Sequence record: OR637327.1
Source of the DNA: Klebsiella phage iPHaGe-KPN-11i
Direction: 5' to 3' (one strand)
DNA length: 64,000 nucleotides
A program made the position numbers and the translations under genes. Positions 54,517 to 63,985 of the stretch are shown here, piece by piece. The notes below the pieces were generated by a model, which saw nothing but the letters and a program-made list of their open reading frames with translations, was not told the origin of the DNA and did not search any database. Every line of letters starts with the position of its first letter. Positions within the stretch are counted from its first letter, which is position 1.

Positions 54517-55404
54517 TTAGAAGTCGCCGTAATCAACCTGGAAACACGGGATACCGTTCATTCGCCACATCCCGACTGGTGTATCCCTGTCGTCCACTGC
54601 AAGAACAGGATAATACTTATCGAGAATCTTTTCAACAAGTATTTGCTCTTTTACGTGGAAATCGTGACGATGATCACCTTCTTCGCGCATGTAGATACCA
54701 TCACTCAGATCAATATCATATCCGATCAGGCTTGCAGCGGTATCATGTGCGCACTGCGCAGTACCCTCACGCCCCGATACGACAACACAGGCATAGCCAG
54801 CGGCCTTATACATCCTGAACAGTTCTTGCACAGGAGGGTTAGCCGGATCGTTGATTACTTTCGTGAAATCATACGGGCTACGTTGTCCGACTTTGGTTAG
54901 AGTCCCGTCAACGTCGAAGATAACGCATTTTGGTTTCGTCGGATCTGCATAGCTCATAGCCGGAACCCAGCCACGGAGTTTACGGTACTGTTCGAACATC
55001 GCCCAGACACGGGAAACAGGTAAAGCATTTACACCGCGTTTATGGTTGCGTTTCAGAAGTTCAACGATATCAACATCAAAGTATTCGAAATGCAACTCCG
55101 CGCCTGTTCCTTTCGCGAGTTCTTTCCAGAAGATATGGTCGCCTGGTTTAAGATGCGTATTGTGTACAATAACGTTCTTTCCATGCCCCAGAGCACTAAG
55201 AACAATATTGGTTTGCATCTGAGTTACCAGTTTTTCTTTCTCTTCGGTGAAGCGGTAGCCAGTTAGATCACCGCCAGCACAATAAAGGGTTCGACGGATA
55301 TCGTCACGGGAAACAGTCAGAGTGTTCCCCAGTTGACGCGCTTTTTCTTTCGCCCATGTAGTTTTCCCGCTACCTGGTACGCCTACAGTAATAAACAGAT
55401 TCAT
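54517..55404 (-). CDS. pseT: polynucleotide 5'-kinase/3'-phosphatase (T4 PseT-like)
   Basis: P-loop GVPGSGKTTWA. The HAD phosphatase half has VIFDVDGTL and ends ...CFQVDYGDF. Collinear with T4 Pnk. Confidence 0.85.
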   Translation of the reverse strand: MNLFITVGVPGSGKTTWAKEKARQLGNTLTVSRDDIRRTLYCAGGDLTGYRFTEEKEKLVTQMQTNIVLSALGHGKNVIVHNTHLKPGDHIFWKELAKGTGAELHFEYFDVDIVELLKRNHKRGVNALPVSRVWAMFEQYRKLRGWVPAMSYADPTKPKCVIFDVDGTLTKVGQRSPYDFTKVINDPANPPVQELFRMYKAAGYACVVVSGREGTAQCAHDTAASLIGYDIDLSDGIYMREEGDHRHDFHVKEQILVEKILDKYYPVLAVDDRDTPVGMWRMNGIPCFQVDYGDF

Positions 55405-55552
55405 TTCAAGATCTCATATTCAATTAGTTCCTGATTGGCTTCGGTATGCAGATTGACTGCAATCCCCCAATCGCTATCAATCCATAGTTCATTTTTGGAT
55501 TCTACAGCATCATACACCTTTCCGACCGTCAAGTCATCAAAGAATGTATCAA

Positions 55553-55870
55553 TTATTTTGACTTGCATTTCTCAGGGTATCCCACGGTACACAGAATGTT
55601 ATCCGTCTGGTCTTTCTGACGCTTAACGTCATTCATCCAGCTACGGAAGATTAACGAATCGGGATATGAAAGGGCAACGTATGGGTTTCCGTCATAAGGC
55701 ATGACAAGGTATTTTTTACCGTCAATCTCTCGGACTTCTGCAACCACTTTCCATTTCACATTAACCGGATTCACCTTAGCGGGGAGTGTAGGCAAAATCT
55801 TTTCTGGCGGCTTCTCCGCGCACCCAACCAACAGAACGCCCAGAACAAGGGCTAATGTCGTTATTTTCAT
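55553..55870 (-). CDS. lipoprotein (105 aa)
   Basis: Signal peptide with lipobox LLVGC. Confidence 0.5.
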   Translation of the reverse strand: MKITTLALVLGVLLVGCAEKPPEKILPTLPAKVNPVNVKWKVVAEVREIDGKKYLVMPYDGNPYVALSYPDSLIFRSWMNDVKRQKDQTDNILCTVGYPEKCKSK

Positions 55871-56193
55871 TTTTCGAAATCTCTCATATACTCTTCGAAG
55901 GATTTATTGATCTTGATTTCGATCAGTCCTGGTTTCTTGAACAGCAGGTCTTTACGTCCGGCATCCTTGACCAACTGCTGATCCTTCGCTTTCTGTTCGA
56001 CATAGATCACCGTATTGGTGTTGTTTGTCTCTTTGACTTTTTTGATATCAGCCTGTAACTCTTTGATATCTTTAGCCAATTGATCGTTTTCGCTCTTTAG
56101 CGTGATTGTCATGTACAAAAGCCCTGCCAAAGACAGGGCAACAAGCACAGGCCACACCAAAGAAGTTAACTTTGGAAAGGCTGGTAATGTCAT
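55867..56193 (-). CDS. membrane protein with coiled coil (108 aa)
   Basis: N-terminal TM LVWPVLVALSLAGLLY. ATGA-coupled. Confidence 0.45.
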   Translation of the reverse strand: MTLPAFPKLTSLVWPVLVALSLAGLLYMTITLKSENDQLAKDIKELQADIKKVKETNNTNTVIYVEQKAKDQQLVKDAGRKDLLFKKPGLIEIKINKSFEEYMRDFEK

Positions 56194-57347
56194 TTATATT
56201 CTTCCGGTATAAACTGTTCGTAGTTCTTCGCCATTAATGCAACGATGTTATCGACCAGCTTTTGCTTATCGGTATCATCGAAATAACGCATCATAGGCCC
56301 GAAGATGATACGACCGTCAGGGGTTAAGTCTGCGCTCAGGGCGATCGCGTAGTCTTTGCGTGATTTGCCTTTCGTGTCTTCGATTGCCTGGAATGCTTTT
56401 GCAGTCAGACGATTGAGACTATCAAGGAATAACGTTTCGAATGCGTCAATTTTCTTGAGTGCGTACATATCATCGAGGAACATTTGTTTCAGGTCATCGA
56501 CGGTATTTTCAACAATATTTAAGAACAGATCCTTATTATTGTTGATGCTATCTTTTGTGCGGTGAAGGTTTACATACCAGTTAGTTTTCGCTTTCACGAA
56601 ACCTTTATCAGTTTTAATTACGTAACCCTCGAAACCTTCTTTCGTGTATGCATCGGCAATGAATGCATCCAAATCGGTGACTTCGATTTTCTCGCGCTCA
56701 ACCAGGAACGGACGTAATACACCATCTGCGAAAATATCCTGATAATCAACATATTCGCCCGTGTCGTTATTACGGATGTTCAGGATCACCACTGCTGGTT
56801 CCTGATAGCCAATTACAATACGGTTTGTCGGTGCGACGTATTCCATGTTGACTGTGAAACCATCATTAACCAGTTCGGTCAGACGATCGAACAACGCGCG
56901 GTTAGTCTGGATCACGCTCATAGCGTCCATAGCCTGTTCAGATTGAACGGATGCTTTAGACTTAACGCCCAGATAGCCGGAATCACAGAAGGTGGAGATC
57001 AGGGAACCATCTTCCTTAATCATCACATCCACTACGGTTTCACCAATCGCCACAGGAGAGGCTTTCAGTGCTTCCCATGCCTTTACCTCGGCATAGTTGA
57101 AAAACTTCTCCATAGGGCGACTGGCGAGTTTTACGGGGGTATCCCCATCCATTACAAACATGATGCCGCGACATTCCAGCGCACCAGGTTTTAACCAGTC
57201 GGAATAGCTCGCCATGCGATAGTTAAAGATGCGAACATTGGTTTGCATCACAGTTTTTTGATCAATGAAGTAGAAGCATTCGCTTTCGTTACACAGTTTC
57301 ATCAACTGGTTGAATAAGGTTTTCTGATTTTTGGTTATCTTTGTCAT
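56190..57347 (-). CDS. rnlA: RNA ligase 1 (T4 RnlA-like)
   Basis: LFNQLMKLC...YRMASYSDWL.PGALECRGIMF..DGDTPVKLASRPMEKFFN aligns with T4 Rnl1 nearly residue for residue. Lysine-adenylate and C-terminal regions are conserved. Confidence 0.85.
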   Translation of the reverse strand: MTKITKNQKTLFNQLMKLCNESECFYFIDQKTVMQTNVRIFNYRMASYSDWLKPGALECRGIMFVMDGDTPVKLASRPMEKFFNYAEVKAWEALKASPVAIGETVVDVMIKEDGSLISTFCDSGYLGVKSKASVQSEQAMDAMSVIQTNRALFDRLTELVNDGFTVNMEYVAPTNRIVIGYQEPAVVILNIRNNDTGEYVDYQDIFADGVLRPFLVEREKIEVTDLDAFIADAYTKEGFEGYVIKTDKGFVKAKTNWYVNLHRTKDSINNNKDLFLNIVENTVDDLKQMFLDDMYALKKIDAFETLFLDSLNRLTAKAFQAIEDTKGKSRKDYAIALSADLTPDGRIIFGPMMRYFDDTDKQKLVDNIVALMAKNYEQFIPEEYK

Positions 57348-57711
57348 AGTGCTGTTTGTTCCATTCAGGATTGATTTTTCGGATCATGTTTATTTCAAAA
57401 TCATGATATGTGTCTTCATCGTGTGTTGTCACGATAAGATTTACACGCTTACGTTTTTTGATTGCCATTTCCAGACGTGCGGTTTTCAAAATGTTACTGG
57501 GGTTTGCTTCCCGCCAGTATTTCGAATTGCGGTATGTGTCTAACCGCTTCCACATGTCTTTTGCTTTACCAACATACACTATAACATTGTCGATTTCAAT
57601 ACAATAAACGCAATTTCTCAACTCACCACACTTAACGAAACTGCGGTCTATTCGACCGCATTTGTCAAGAGACATTTTATAAACTTTCGTTGTAGTATTC
57701 ACCATGAACAA
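57289..57711 (-). CDS. GIY-YIG homing endonuclease-like protein
   Basis: VYCIEIDNVIVYVGKAKDMWKRL..Y (GIY-x10-YIG-like spacing). Free-standing between nrdB and rnlA. 59-nt overlap with rnlA. Confidence 0.5.
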   Translation of the reverse strand: MFMVNTTTKVYKMSLDKCGRIDRSFVKCGELRNCVYCIEIDNVIVYVGKAKDMWKRLDTYRNSKYWREANPSNILKTARLEMAIKKRKRVNLIVTTHDEDTYHDFEINMIRKINPEWNKQHYDKDNQKSENLIQPVDETV

Positions 57712-57733
57712 CCTGTGCTTTCATTTTATGACC

Positions 57734-58909
57734 TTACGCGTATTTTTGTCGCCATTTTGCATAGGCTTCGTCGCTGATCTCAGTGTTGAGGTTGCCAACC
57801 AGGTAAGAACTAACTTCAACTTCCTGCGGGGCTACCTGTACGTTGTCAGACTTCAACCATTTGTTCATCCACGGATACGGGTTTGGCGTTGGTTTAAACG
57901 GAGACTGCAAGCCAACCGCGCGCATACGCTGATCCGTCAGGTGTTCGATATATGCGATCGTACTTTTCAGGGATACGCCGTCTACATCACCGATAGAGAA
58001 CAAATGTTCAGCCCATTCTTTTTCCTGTTCGTATACTTCCAGGAAAATCTTTGTCGCTTCCTCTTCGTACTGGTAAGCGATTTCCGCCATTTCTGGATCG
58101 TCTTTACCCATCTGCCAGAGTCGGATCTTGCTTTGAGTGCCTTTCTGGTGAAGTGCTTCATCACGGGCAATCAGGCGCATGATCTTCGCGTTACCTTCCA
58201 TCTTGCCTTGTTCGGCAAAGTTGAACGTGAAGGTAAACGACACGTAGAAGCGGATCGCTTCCAGAGCGTTGACAGCGTGCATACACAGGTACAGAGCAAC
58301 CTTACATTTACGCATTTGCTCTTTGCGTTTCTTCTCGTACTCTGCGATCGATTCGTCTGGGTATCCGTGGGACGTTAACATTTCGATTTTGAGCACAATG
58401 TTTTTCAGTTCGTGACACTCTGCGATCAGATCATCGTAGTATTTTGTCATGGAAGCCGAACGTTTCATGATCGCTTCGTTGCGCAGAATCTTATCGAACT
58501 CTTTAGACGGATCGATGTGTAGGTTACGCTGAATGTGCGTATAGCTGCGGCTATGGATTGTTTCACTGAACGCCCATGTTTCGATCCACGTTTCCATAGA
58601 GACATCGGAAGCGATAGGGAGGAACGCCAGGTTCGGGCCGCGCCCCTGAATGGTATCCAGCAGGGTTTGATATTGCAGGTTCGAATCGAAAATGATTTTT
58701 TCGTGATCCGGCATTTTCGCGTACTGCATACGGTCGATCGATAAGTCAATTTCTTCTGGACGCCAGAAGAATGACAGTTGTTTTTCAGTCAGTGTTTCGA
58801 ATACACGGTGTTTCTGTTCTTCGTATCGTGCTACGCCCGTATCCTCACCGAAGAACATAGGCTGTTCTAAGTGTTTGTGATCTGGGTTTGTGTTCATTAC
58901 AGTTAACAT
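57734..58909 (-). CDS. nrdB: ribonucleotide reductase class Ia beta subunit
   Basis: N-terminal PMFFGEDTGVARY...FFWRPEEIDL aligns with T4 NrdB. Di-iron ligand residues EALH and EAIRF are present. Confidence 0.9.
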   Translation of the reverse strand: MLTVMNTNPDHKHLEQPMFFGEDTGVARYEEQKHRVFETLTEKQLSFFWRPEEIDLSIDRMQYAKMPDHEKIIFDSNLQYQTLLDTIQGRGPNLAFLPIASDVSMETWIETWAFSETIHSRSYTHIQRNLHIDPSKEFDKILRNEAIMKRSASMTKYYDDLIAECHELKNIVLKIEMLTSHGYPDESIAEYEKKRKEQMRKCKVALYLCMHAVNALEAIRFYVSFTFTFNFAEQGKMEGNAKIMRLIARDEALHQKGTQSKIRLWQMGKDDPEMAEIAYQYEEEATKIFLEVYEQEKEWAEHLFSIGDVDGVSLKSTIAYIEHLTDQRMRAVGLQSPFKPTPNPYPWMNKWLKSDNVQVAPQEVEVSSYLVGNLNTEISDEAYAKWRQKYA

Positions 58910-58927
58910 GGATTTACCTTATAAAAA

Positions 58928-58942
58928 GCCCCCGAAGGGGCA
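58928..58942 (-). terminator. terminator hairpin after nrdA (minus strand)
   Basis: gccccttcgggggc followed by TTTTTAT on the minus strand. Confidence 0.45.
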
Positions 58943-58947
58943 TTGAA

Positions 58948-61194
58948 TCAAATTTTGCAACCTTCGCAATCTTCCGCTTCTTCCTCACCTGCACCGTCGC
59001 GGGTGTTGTGGTAGTACAGCGTTTTGATGCCGAAATAGTTTGCATACAGCAGATCTTCGAGGATGGTTTCAGATTTCACTTTACCATCTGGGAAGTTAGC
59101 CGGGTCATAGTTGGTGTTTGCAGAGATAGCCTGATCAACAAACTTCTGCATAACCGCTACATGAGACAGATAACCTTTGTTTCCACGTTTTGCCATTGTC
59201 CAGAGATAATCATAGAAGTCAATCTGATTATTCTGGTTTGGTACTACCTGATTGAATGAACCTTCTTTCGAAGATTTCACACTCACAGGGCCGCGCGGAG
59301 GTTCAATCCCGTTGGTTGAGTTACTCACCTGTGAGCTACTTTCACAAGGCATTAAAGCAGAAAGCGTTGAGTTACGCAAGCCATGTTTTTTGATTTCACC
59401 GCGTAACCATTCCCAATCGCAGTTATACACAGGTGATGCCAGTTCATCAACGTTTTTGCAGTACCAGTCAATAGGCAACAGCCCTTGTGCATATTTCGTT
59501 TCGTGGAACAGTCCACATGCACCACGTTCCTGTGCGAGTTCCATAGAGGCAACCAGCAGGTTAAATTGAAACGCTTCCATCAACTCATGAACGTTTCCGG
59601 CGTATGCTTCGGAGTAGTCGCAATAGTTGCTTGCCAGCCATGATGCATAGTTGGTAATACCAACACCCAGAGAACGACGCTGTTTGGCTTTCAGAGCCGC
59701 TGCAACAGGGTAGTTCTGATAATCCAGCAGGTTATCCAGTGCTCGTACTGCGATGCGTGTAAGGGCTGGGAATTCGCTTATATCGGCATTATCGAGAACG
59801 ATCGCCATAAGCGTACACAGTCCAATTTCGCCAGCCAGTTTATCATCGTCATCCAGTGGTGAAGTTGGGATCGCGATTTCACAGCACAGGTTCGACATAC
59901 GAACCGGAACAGAGAAACTACCCTGCTGGTTTACGTGATGACTGTTGAAAATGTAGTTGCGTCCGGTCTGTGCGCGTTCCTGAACAAGCAACTGGAACAG
60001 ATCTACCGCTTTGATGCGTTTCTTGCGTACCGTTGGGTCTTTTTCAAGACTGGTATACAGTTCTTCAAACTCAGTCTGATCCGCTTGATAGAACGCGTCA
60101 TACAGGCGATCGTTCGCAACGTCAGGGCTGAACAGAGTGATGTAATCGTTATTGATTAAACGCTTATACATCAAATCGTTAAGCTGTACGCCATAATCCA
60201 GGTGACGAATACGGTTTTCTTCAACGCCACGGTTATTTTTCAGAACCAGTAGGTTTTCAACTTCAAGATGCCAGATCGGATAATACAGGGTTGCTGCACC
60301 ACCACGAACACCGCCCTGGGAACAAGATTTAACCGCCGTCTGAATGTGTTTCCAGAACGGGATAACGCCTGTATGGACTGCTTCACCACCACGGATTTTT
60401 GAACCCATAGCGCGAATGTGTCCGGCGTTGACACCAATACCAGCACGTTGAGAGATATACTTCACGATCGCGGACGTAACAGCGTTCAGAGAACCCAGAG
60501 AATCACCCGATTCGATTACAACACAACTGGAGAACTGACGCGTAGGAGTACGCACACCCGCCATAATAGGCGTAGGCAATGACAGTTTACGATCCGAAAT
60601 CGCGTTATAGAAGTCAACCACATGACTGATTTTATCAGCGTGTTTTTCGTCCTGATGCAGACACATCGCGATCAGCATGAATGCATACTGTGGTGTTTCG
60701 TAGATGTCGCCGGACGTGCGATCCTGCAACAGATATTTCCCGATCAACTGCTGAACGCCAGCATACGAAAATTCAAAATCTTTATCGTGATTGATTTTCG
60801 ATTCCAGATAATCAATCTCCGCTGGAGTCCATTTTGCCAGGATTTCTTTATCGTATTTCCCAGCGAGAACCAGATTAGCGATGTGGTCGTAGAACGGAAT
60901 CGGGTCAAACTGTCCGTAAACGGTTTTACGAAGGGCGAACATTTCGAGGTTAGCCGCTACATACTGCCAGTCAGGTTCTTTTGCGGAGATTCGATCCGCT
61001 GCATACTTGATCGCTACAGCCTGGATCTGTTTGGTAGTCATACCATCACGAAGCAGGTCAACGACACTTTCAAGGAATGCGTTAACATCAATATTTCTTC
61101 CAATACTCGCCCAATTAAGGACTTTGAACAGTTTTTCTTTTTCGAACGTTTGACTTACGCCAGAAGACTTCACTACTGTTTTAATATCACTCAT
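58948..61194 (-). CDS. nrdA: ribonucleotide reductase class Ia alpha subunit
   Basis: N-terminal ATP-cone. Catalytic motifs NLCCEI and PCESS. C-terminus ends DCEGCKI. 748 aa. Confidence 0.9.
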   Translation of the reverse strand: MSDIKTVVKSSGVSQTFEKEKLFKVLNWASIGRNIDVNAFLESVVDLLRDGMTTKQIQAVAIKYAADRISAKEPDWQYVAANLEMFALRKTVYGQFDPIPFYDHIANLVLAGKYDKEILAKWTPAEIDYLESKINHDKDFEFSYAGVQQLIGKYLLQDRTSGDIYETPQYAFMLIAMCLHQDEKHADKISHVVDFYNAISDRKLSLPTPIMAGVRTPTRQFSSCVVIESGDSLGSLNAVTSAIVKYISQRAGIGVNAGHIRAMGSKIRGGEAVHTGVIPFWKHIQTAVKSCSQGGVRGGAATLYYPIWHLEVENLLVLKNNRGVEENRIRHLDYGVQLNDLMYKRLINNDYITLFSPDVANDRLYDAFYQADQTEFEELYTSLEKDPTVRKKRIKAVDLFQLLVQERAQTGRNYIFNSHHVNQQGSFSVPVRMSNLCCEIAIPTSPLDDDDKLAGEIGLCTLMAIVLDNADISEFPALTRIAVRALDNLLDYQNYPVAAALKAKQRRSLGVGITNYASWLASNYCDYSEAYAGNVHELMEAFQFNLLVASMELAQERGACGLFHETKYAQGLLPIDWYCKNVDELASPVYNCDWEWLRGEIKKHGLRNSTLSALMPCESSSQVSNSTNGIEPPRGPVSVKSSKEGSFNQVVPNQNNQIDFYDYLWTMAKRGNKGYLSHVAVMQKFVDQAISANTNYDPANFPDGKVKSETILEDLLYANYFGIKTLYYHNTRDGAGEEEAEDCEGCKI

Positions 61195-61211
61195 TATCTT
61201 ACCTTGTTAAG

Positions 61212-61232
61212 AAAGGGGCTTTCGCCCCCTTT
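61212..61232 (-). terminator. hairpin after thyA (weak T-run)
   Basis: aaagggggcgaaagccccttt on the minus strand. Confidence 0.3.
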
Positions 61233-61234
61233 GT

Positions 61235-62089
61235 TTATACTGCCATAGCTGCTTTTAGCGAGCCGTGGTGATTATAGTCTTTCAAATGGATGGAGTCAAA
61301 GAATTCTTGATCCAAATCAAGTAAGCTATTTACCTTCGGCATTACGAGCGTCGGAAGTGGAAGCGGTGCGCGTTCCGGCTTCAACAACTCTTTCGCTTGT
61401 TCTACTGCGTTTTTGTAGATATGGACATCACCGCCAGTCCAAACCAGATCGCCCACTTCATACCCGCAAATATCAGCGATAATATGCGTCAGGAGAGCGT
61501 AGGAGGCGATATTGAACGGCAACCCTAAGAAGACATCAACTGAACGCTGATACCACTGTAGAGACAGTTTGCCGTTGATTACGACGAACTGGAAGAAACA
61601 GTGACACGGACGCAACGCCATATCATCCAGATCAACAGGGTTCCAGGCAGAAACGATGATCCCGCGATCGTCTGGTGTGGTTTTCAGTTGTTCGATGATT
61701 TTTGCAATCTGATCGACACCAGTGTAAAAACCTTCTTCACCAAACGAGCGCCATTGATGCCCGTAGATCGGCCCCAGATAACCATTCGTATAACCCAGCG
61801 CTTTAGCCTGATTTTCGTAGTTATCGTCCCAGATCGTCCGCTTATCGCTATCTTCGCCCCACGTCATTTTACGCAGTGTTTCCACGTTGGTAGAACCGGA
61901 CATGAACCATTGTAATTCATGCTTACACGGTTTGAAGAATAGCTGTTTGCTGGTAGTCGCTGGGAAACCTTCTGCGAGGTTCCAACGTGCTTGCATCCCG
62001 AAGATGCGCAGTGTGCCAACACCAGTACGATCGGTTGATTCAGTACCGTGTGTTAGAACGGTGTTGACGATATCAAGATATTGTTTCAT
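61235..62089 (-). CDS. td: thymidylate synthase
   Basis: ThyA catalytic motif ALRPCHCFFQF (PCH). Roughly 284 aa overall. Confidence 0.9.
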   Translation of the reverse strand: MKQYLDIVNTVLTHGTESTDRTGVGTLRIFGMQARWNLAEGFPATTSKQLFFKPCKHELQWFMSGSTNVETLRKMTWGEDSDKRTIWDDNYENQAKALGYTNGYLGPIYGHQWRSFGEEGFYTGVDQIAKIIEQLKTTPDDRGIIVSAWNPVDLDDMALRPCHCFFQFVVINGKLSLQWYQRSVDVFLGLPFNIASYALLTHIIADICGYEVGDLVWTGGDVHIYKNAVEQAKELLKPERAPLPLPTLVMPKVNSLLDLDQEFFDSIHLKDYNHHGSLKAAMAV

Positions 62090-62090
62090 T

Positions 62091-62672
62091 TTATGCCTTT
62101 TTCGTATGTCGGTCGACGATAATTTTTCTAACGCGTTCGTTTGATTCGATCTGTTGAATTTTGAAATCAGTCAGTTCATATTTCAGAACCGCTTCACAGA
62201 ATTCAGGAACCGTGAATGAAACATCACGTTTAAAAGCTGGCGCATTATATGCATGATGTCCGTAAATGTGCGTCACAACCACTTCGTCAACCAGTGTATT
62301 ATTGATTGCTTCCAGAAGCAACCCCTTACCGCCAATGAGACACACATCACGATCTGGATGCGTTGCTTTCATTACGTCGATTGCAGCAGACAACCCGCCA
62401 CCGTGGATGACATAATCAGCAATATCGCCTTTTTTGGTTTTTAGGAAACTACCAGAACCAGACAGAACACAATGGATTCGCCCTGGCAATTTACCAGGCA
62501 GAGAAGTAAAAGTGTTCGCACCCATGATCAGGACGCTATTTGCGGTTTCTGTTTTGAAGTTCTGCAAATCCTCTTTGCAGTGGCCCCACGGTAAACCCTG
62601 TTCATAACCAAACGCATAGTCCACTTCGTACATATCATGACCAACGGCGAAAACTGCTTTTACTTTGCTCAT
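62091..62672 (-). CDS. frd: dihydrofolate reductase
   Basis: Length and order (frd-td) as in T4. NADPH-binding-like GGKGLL stretch. Start set at MSKVKAVFA (ATGA overlap). Confidence 0.75.
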   Translation of the reverse strand: MSKVKAVFAVGHDMYEVDYAFGYEQGLPWGHCKEDLQNFKTETANSVLIMGANTFTSLPGKLPGRIHCVLSGSGSFLKTKKGDIADYVIHGGGLSAAIDVMKATHPDRDVCLIGGKGLLLEAINNTLVDEVVVTHIYGHHAYNAPAFKRDVSFTVPEFCEAVLKYELTDFKIQQIESNERVRKIIVDRHTKKA

Positions 62673-62950
62673 AGCGCGATCCACATTTTGTTGTCTTCAA
62701 TAGTCACGATGTAGCCCATAGCTTCAACCATGACGCGCAATTTGTCTTTACAGGCTTCATTGTACCCGCGAATCTTTTCAAATTCAACAGAAAAGATACT
62801 CAATCCGTTAACATGCGCGTTAATGATTTTGGATTCCAAATCGAAAACCATCACATCTAACGGACTCCATTCAACCGAATGAAGTTTTTCGCGGGTTAAC
62901 AGGGTTGTGTGTTTTGGTAGTTTCATTGGGGTACAGTTTGCCATAGCCAT
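62669..62950 (-). CDS. hypothetical protein (93 aa)
   Basis: ORF, coupled. Confidence 0.45.
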   Translation of the reverse strand: MAMANCTPMKLPKHTTLLTREKLHSVEWSPLDVMVFDLESKIINAHVNGLSIFSVEFEKIRGYNEACKDKLRVMVEAMGYIVTIEDNKMWIAL

Positions 62951-63156
62951 TGTTCCATTTTACGTAAATCTTCCTCTAACGGAGTGAAACCAAAGGATTC
63001 TTCGATCACACCGTCTTCCCATACATCAATTTCCAGAATTTCCGTTACCGGAGGGTTTGACATCACATGATCACGACATGCAGCCATAGCGGTCATAATG
63101 GAATTTGTTACTGTCAGGGTATTGCCCTGAACCGATACCTGAATAATCATACTCAC
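62923..63156 (-). CDS. hypothetical protein (77 aa)
   Basis: ORF, overlapping-coupled. Confidence 0.45.
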   Translation of the reverse strand: MSMIIQVSVQGNTLTVTNSIMTAMAACRDHVMSNPPVTEILEIDVWEDGVIEESFGFTPLEEDLRKMEQWLWQTVPQ

Positions 63157-63208
63157 CTCATAAAAAAAGGGAACTGCTTTTCAACAGTTCCCATTATAGC
63201 ATAACCAG

Positions 63209-63985
63209 TTAGTATTTCAAGCGCCAAAGAGCTATTGCTTCATCAACTGCTTTTTTAATTTCTTCCGGCGTGTCTTTGCGTCCGGCTTTAACCAGGGCAG
63301 AGAGCATAGAACGAATGGTTGCATTCATCTGTGACTTCTCACGATCCATCTGTGCCTGATGCGCCTTATCAACCGCTGGGGCTTCTTTCTTCGCTGCCTG
63401 TGGTTTCGTAGGCTGTGCGCCTAACTCGTCCTTAGCTTGCGTTTCAGTGCGTTTCTGTTCGGCTTCTTTCTTCACATGAGGTGCGGAGAATTTACCAGCC
63501 TTGAAGTTATCACGCATACCTTCCAGGATCTTACGGGCTGTGTACCAGTCAGCAACACCACGAAGTTGTTTCAGGGTATCAACCAGCAAACCGATACTTG
63601 CGCCTTTGCTATCCTCGTCAATGTCGATATCTTTCAACCATTCAACATGTTTCTGACCGGAGTGCATGAAATCAAAGCTGCTGAAACTCCAGAAACCTTT
63701 GCGGTTGCTGATCTCGCGTTTGAAGTGGAAAGTCAAACCCGCGCCGTTATCAAACTCACCGTAGTTACTGCGGAATGTTGCCCCTGCTTGTTTCAGTGCG
63801 TTGAAATAGTCATCTTTATTGATGCGGTTAACGGTGCGTTTTGGTTTCTCTTCCGGCGCTGGTGCTGCTGCTTGCTGTGCGGTACGTTTAACAAAAGATG
63901 CTGAACGATGCCCCGCTGCAAACTCTGCGTTCATCCGGTCGATTACCGCTGCGATGCCGCTTGCGTCTGGTTTCACTTTCTGCAT
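63209..63985 (-). CDS. hypothetical protein (258 aa) with a basic, low-complexity C-terminal tail
   Basis: ORF. Ala/Lys/Gln-rich C-terminal half. Confidence 0.45.
   Translation of the reverse strand: MQKVKPDASGIAAVIDRMNAEFAAGHRSASFVKRTAQQAAAPAPEEKPKRTVNRINKDDYFNALKQAGATFRSNYGEFDNGAGLTFHFKREISNRKGFWSFSSFDFMHSGQKHVEWLKDIDIDEDSKGASIGLLVDTLKQLRGVADWYTARKILEGMRDNFKAGKFSAPHVKKEAEQKRTETQAKDELGAQPTKPQAAKKEAPAVDKAHQAQMDREKSQMNATIRSMLSALVKAGRKDTPEEIKKAVDEAIALWRLKY

Noticed and set aside
59252-61248. Plus-strand ORFs inside nrdA (59252..59569, 59753..60159, 60622..61248). Similar antisense ORFs lie inside the vWA, ligase, structural and RnlA genes.
   Set aside because: They lie wholly antisense to long, well-supported CDSs with clear homology, have no RBS, and show low-complexity or Cys/Arg-rich shadow-frame composition. 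They are treated as ORF shadows.
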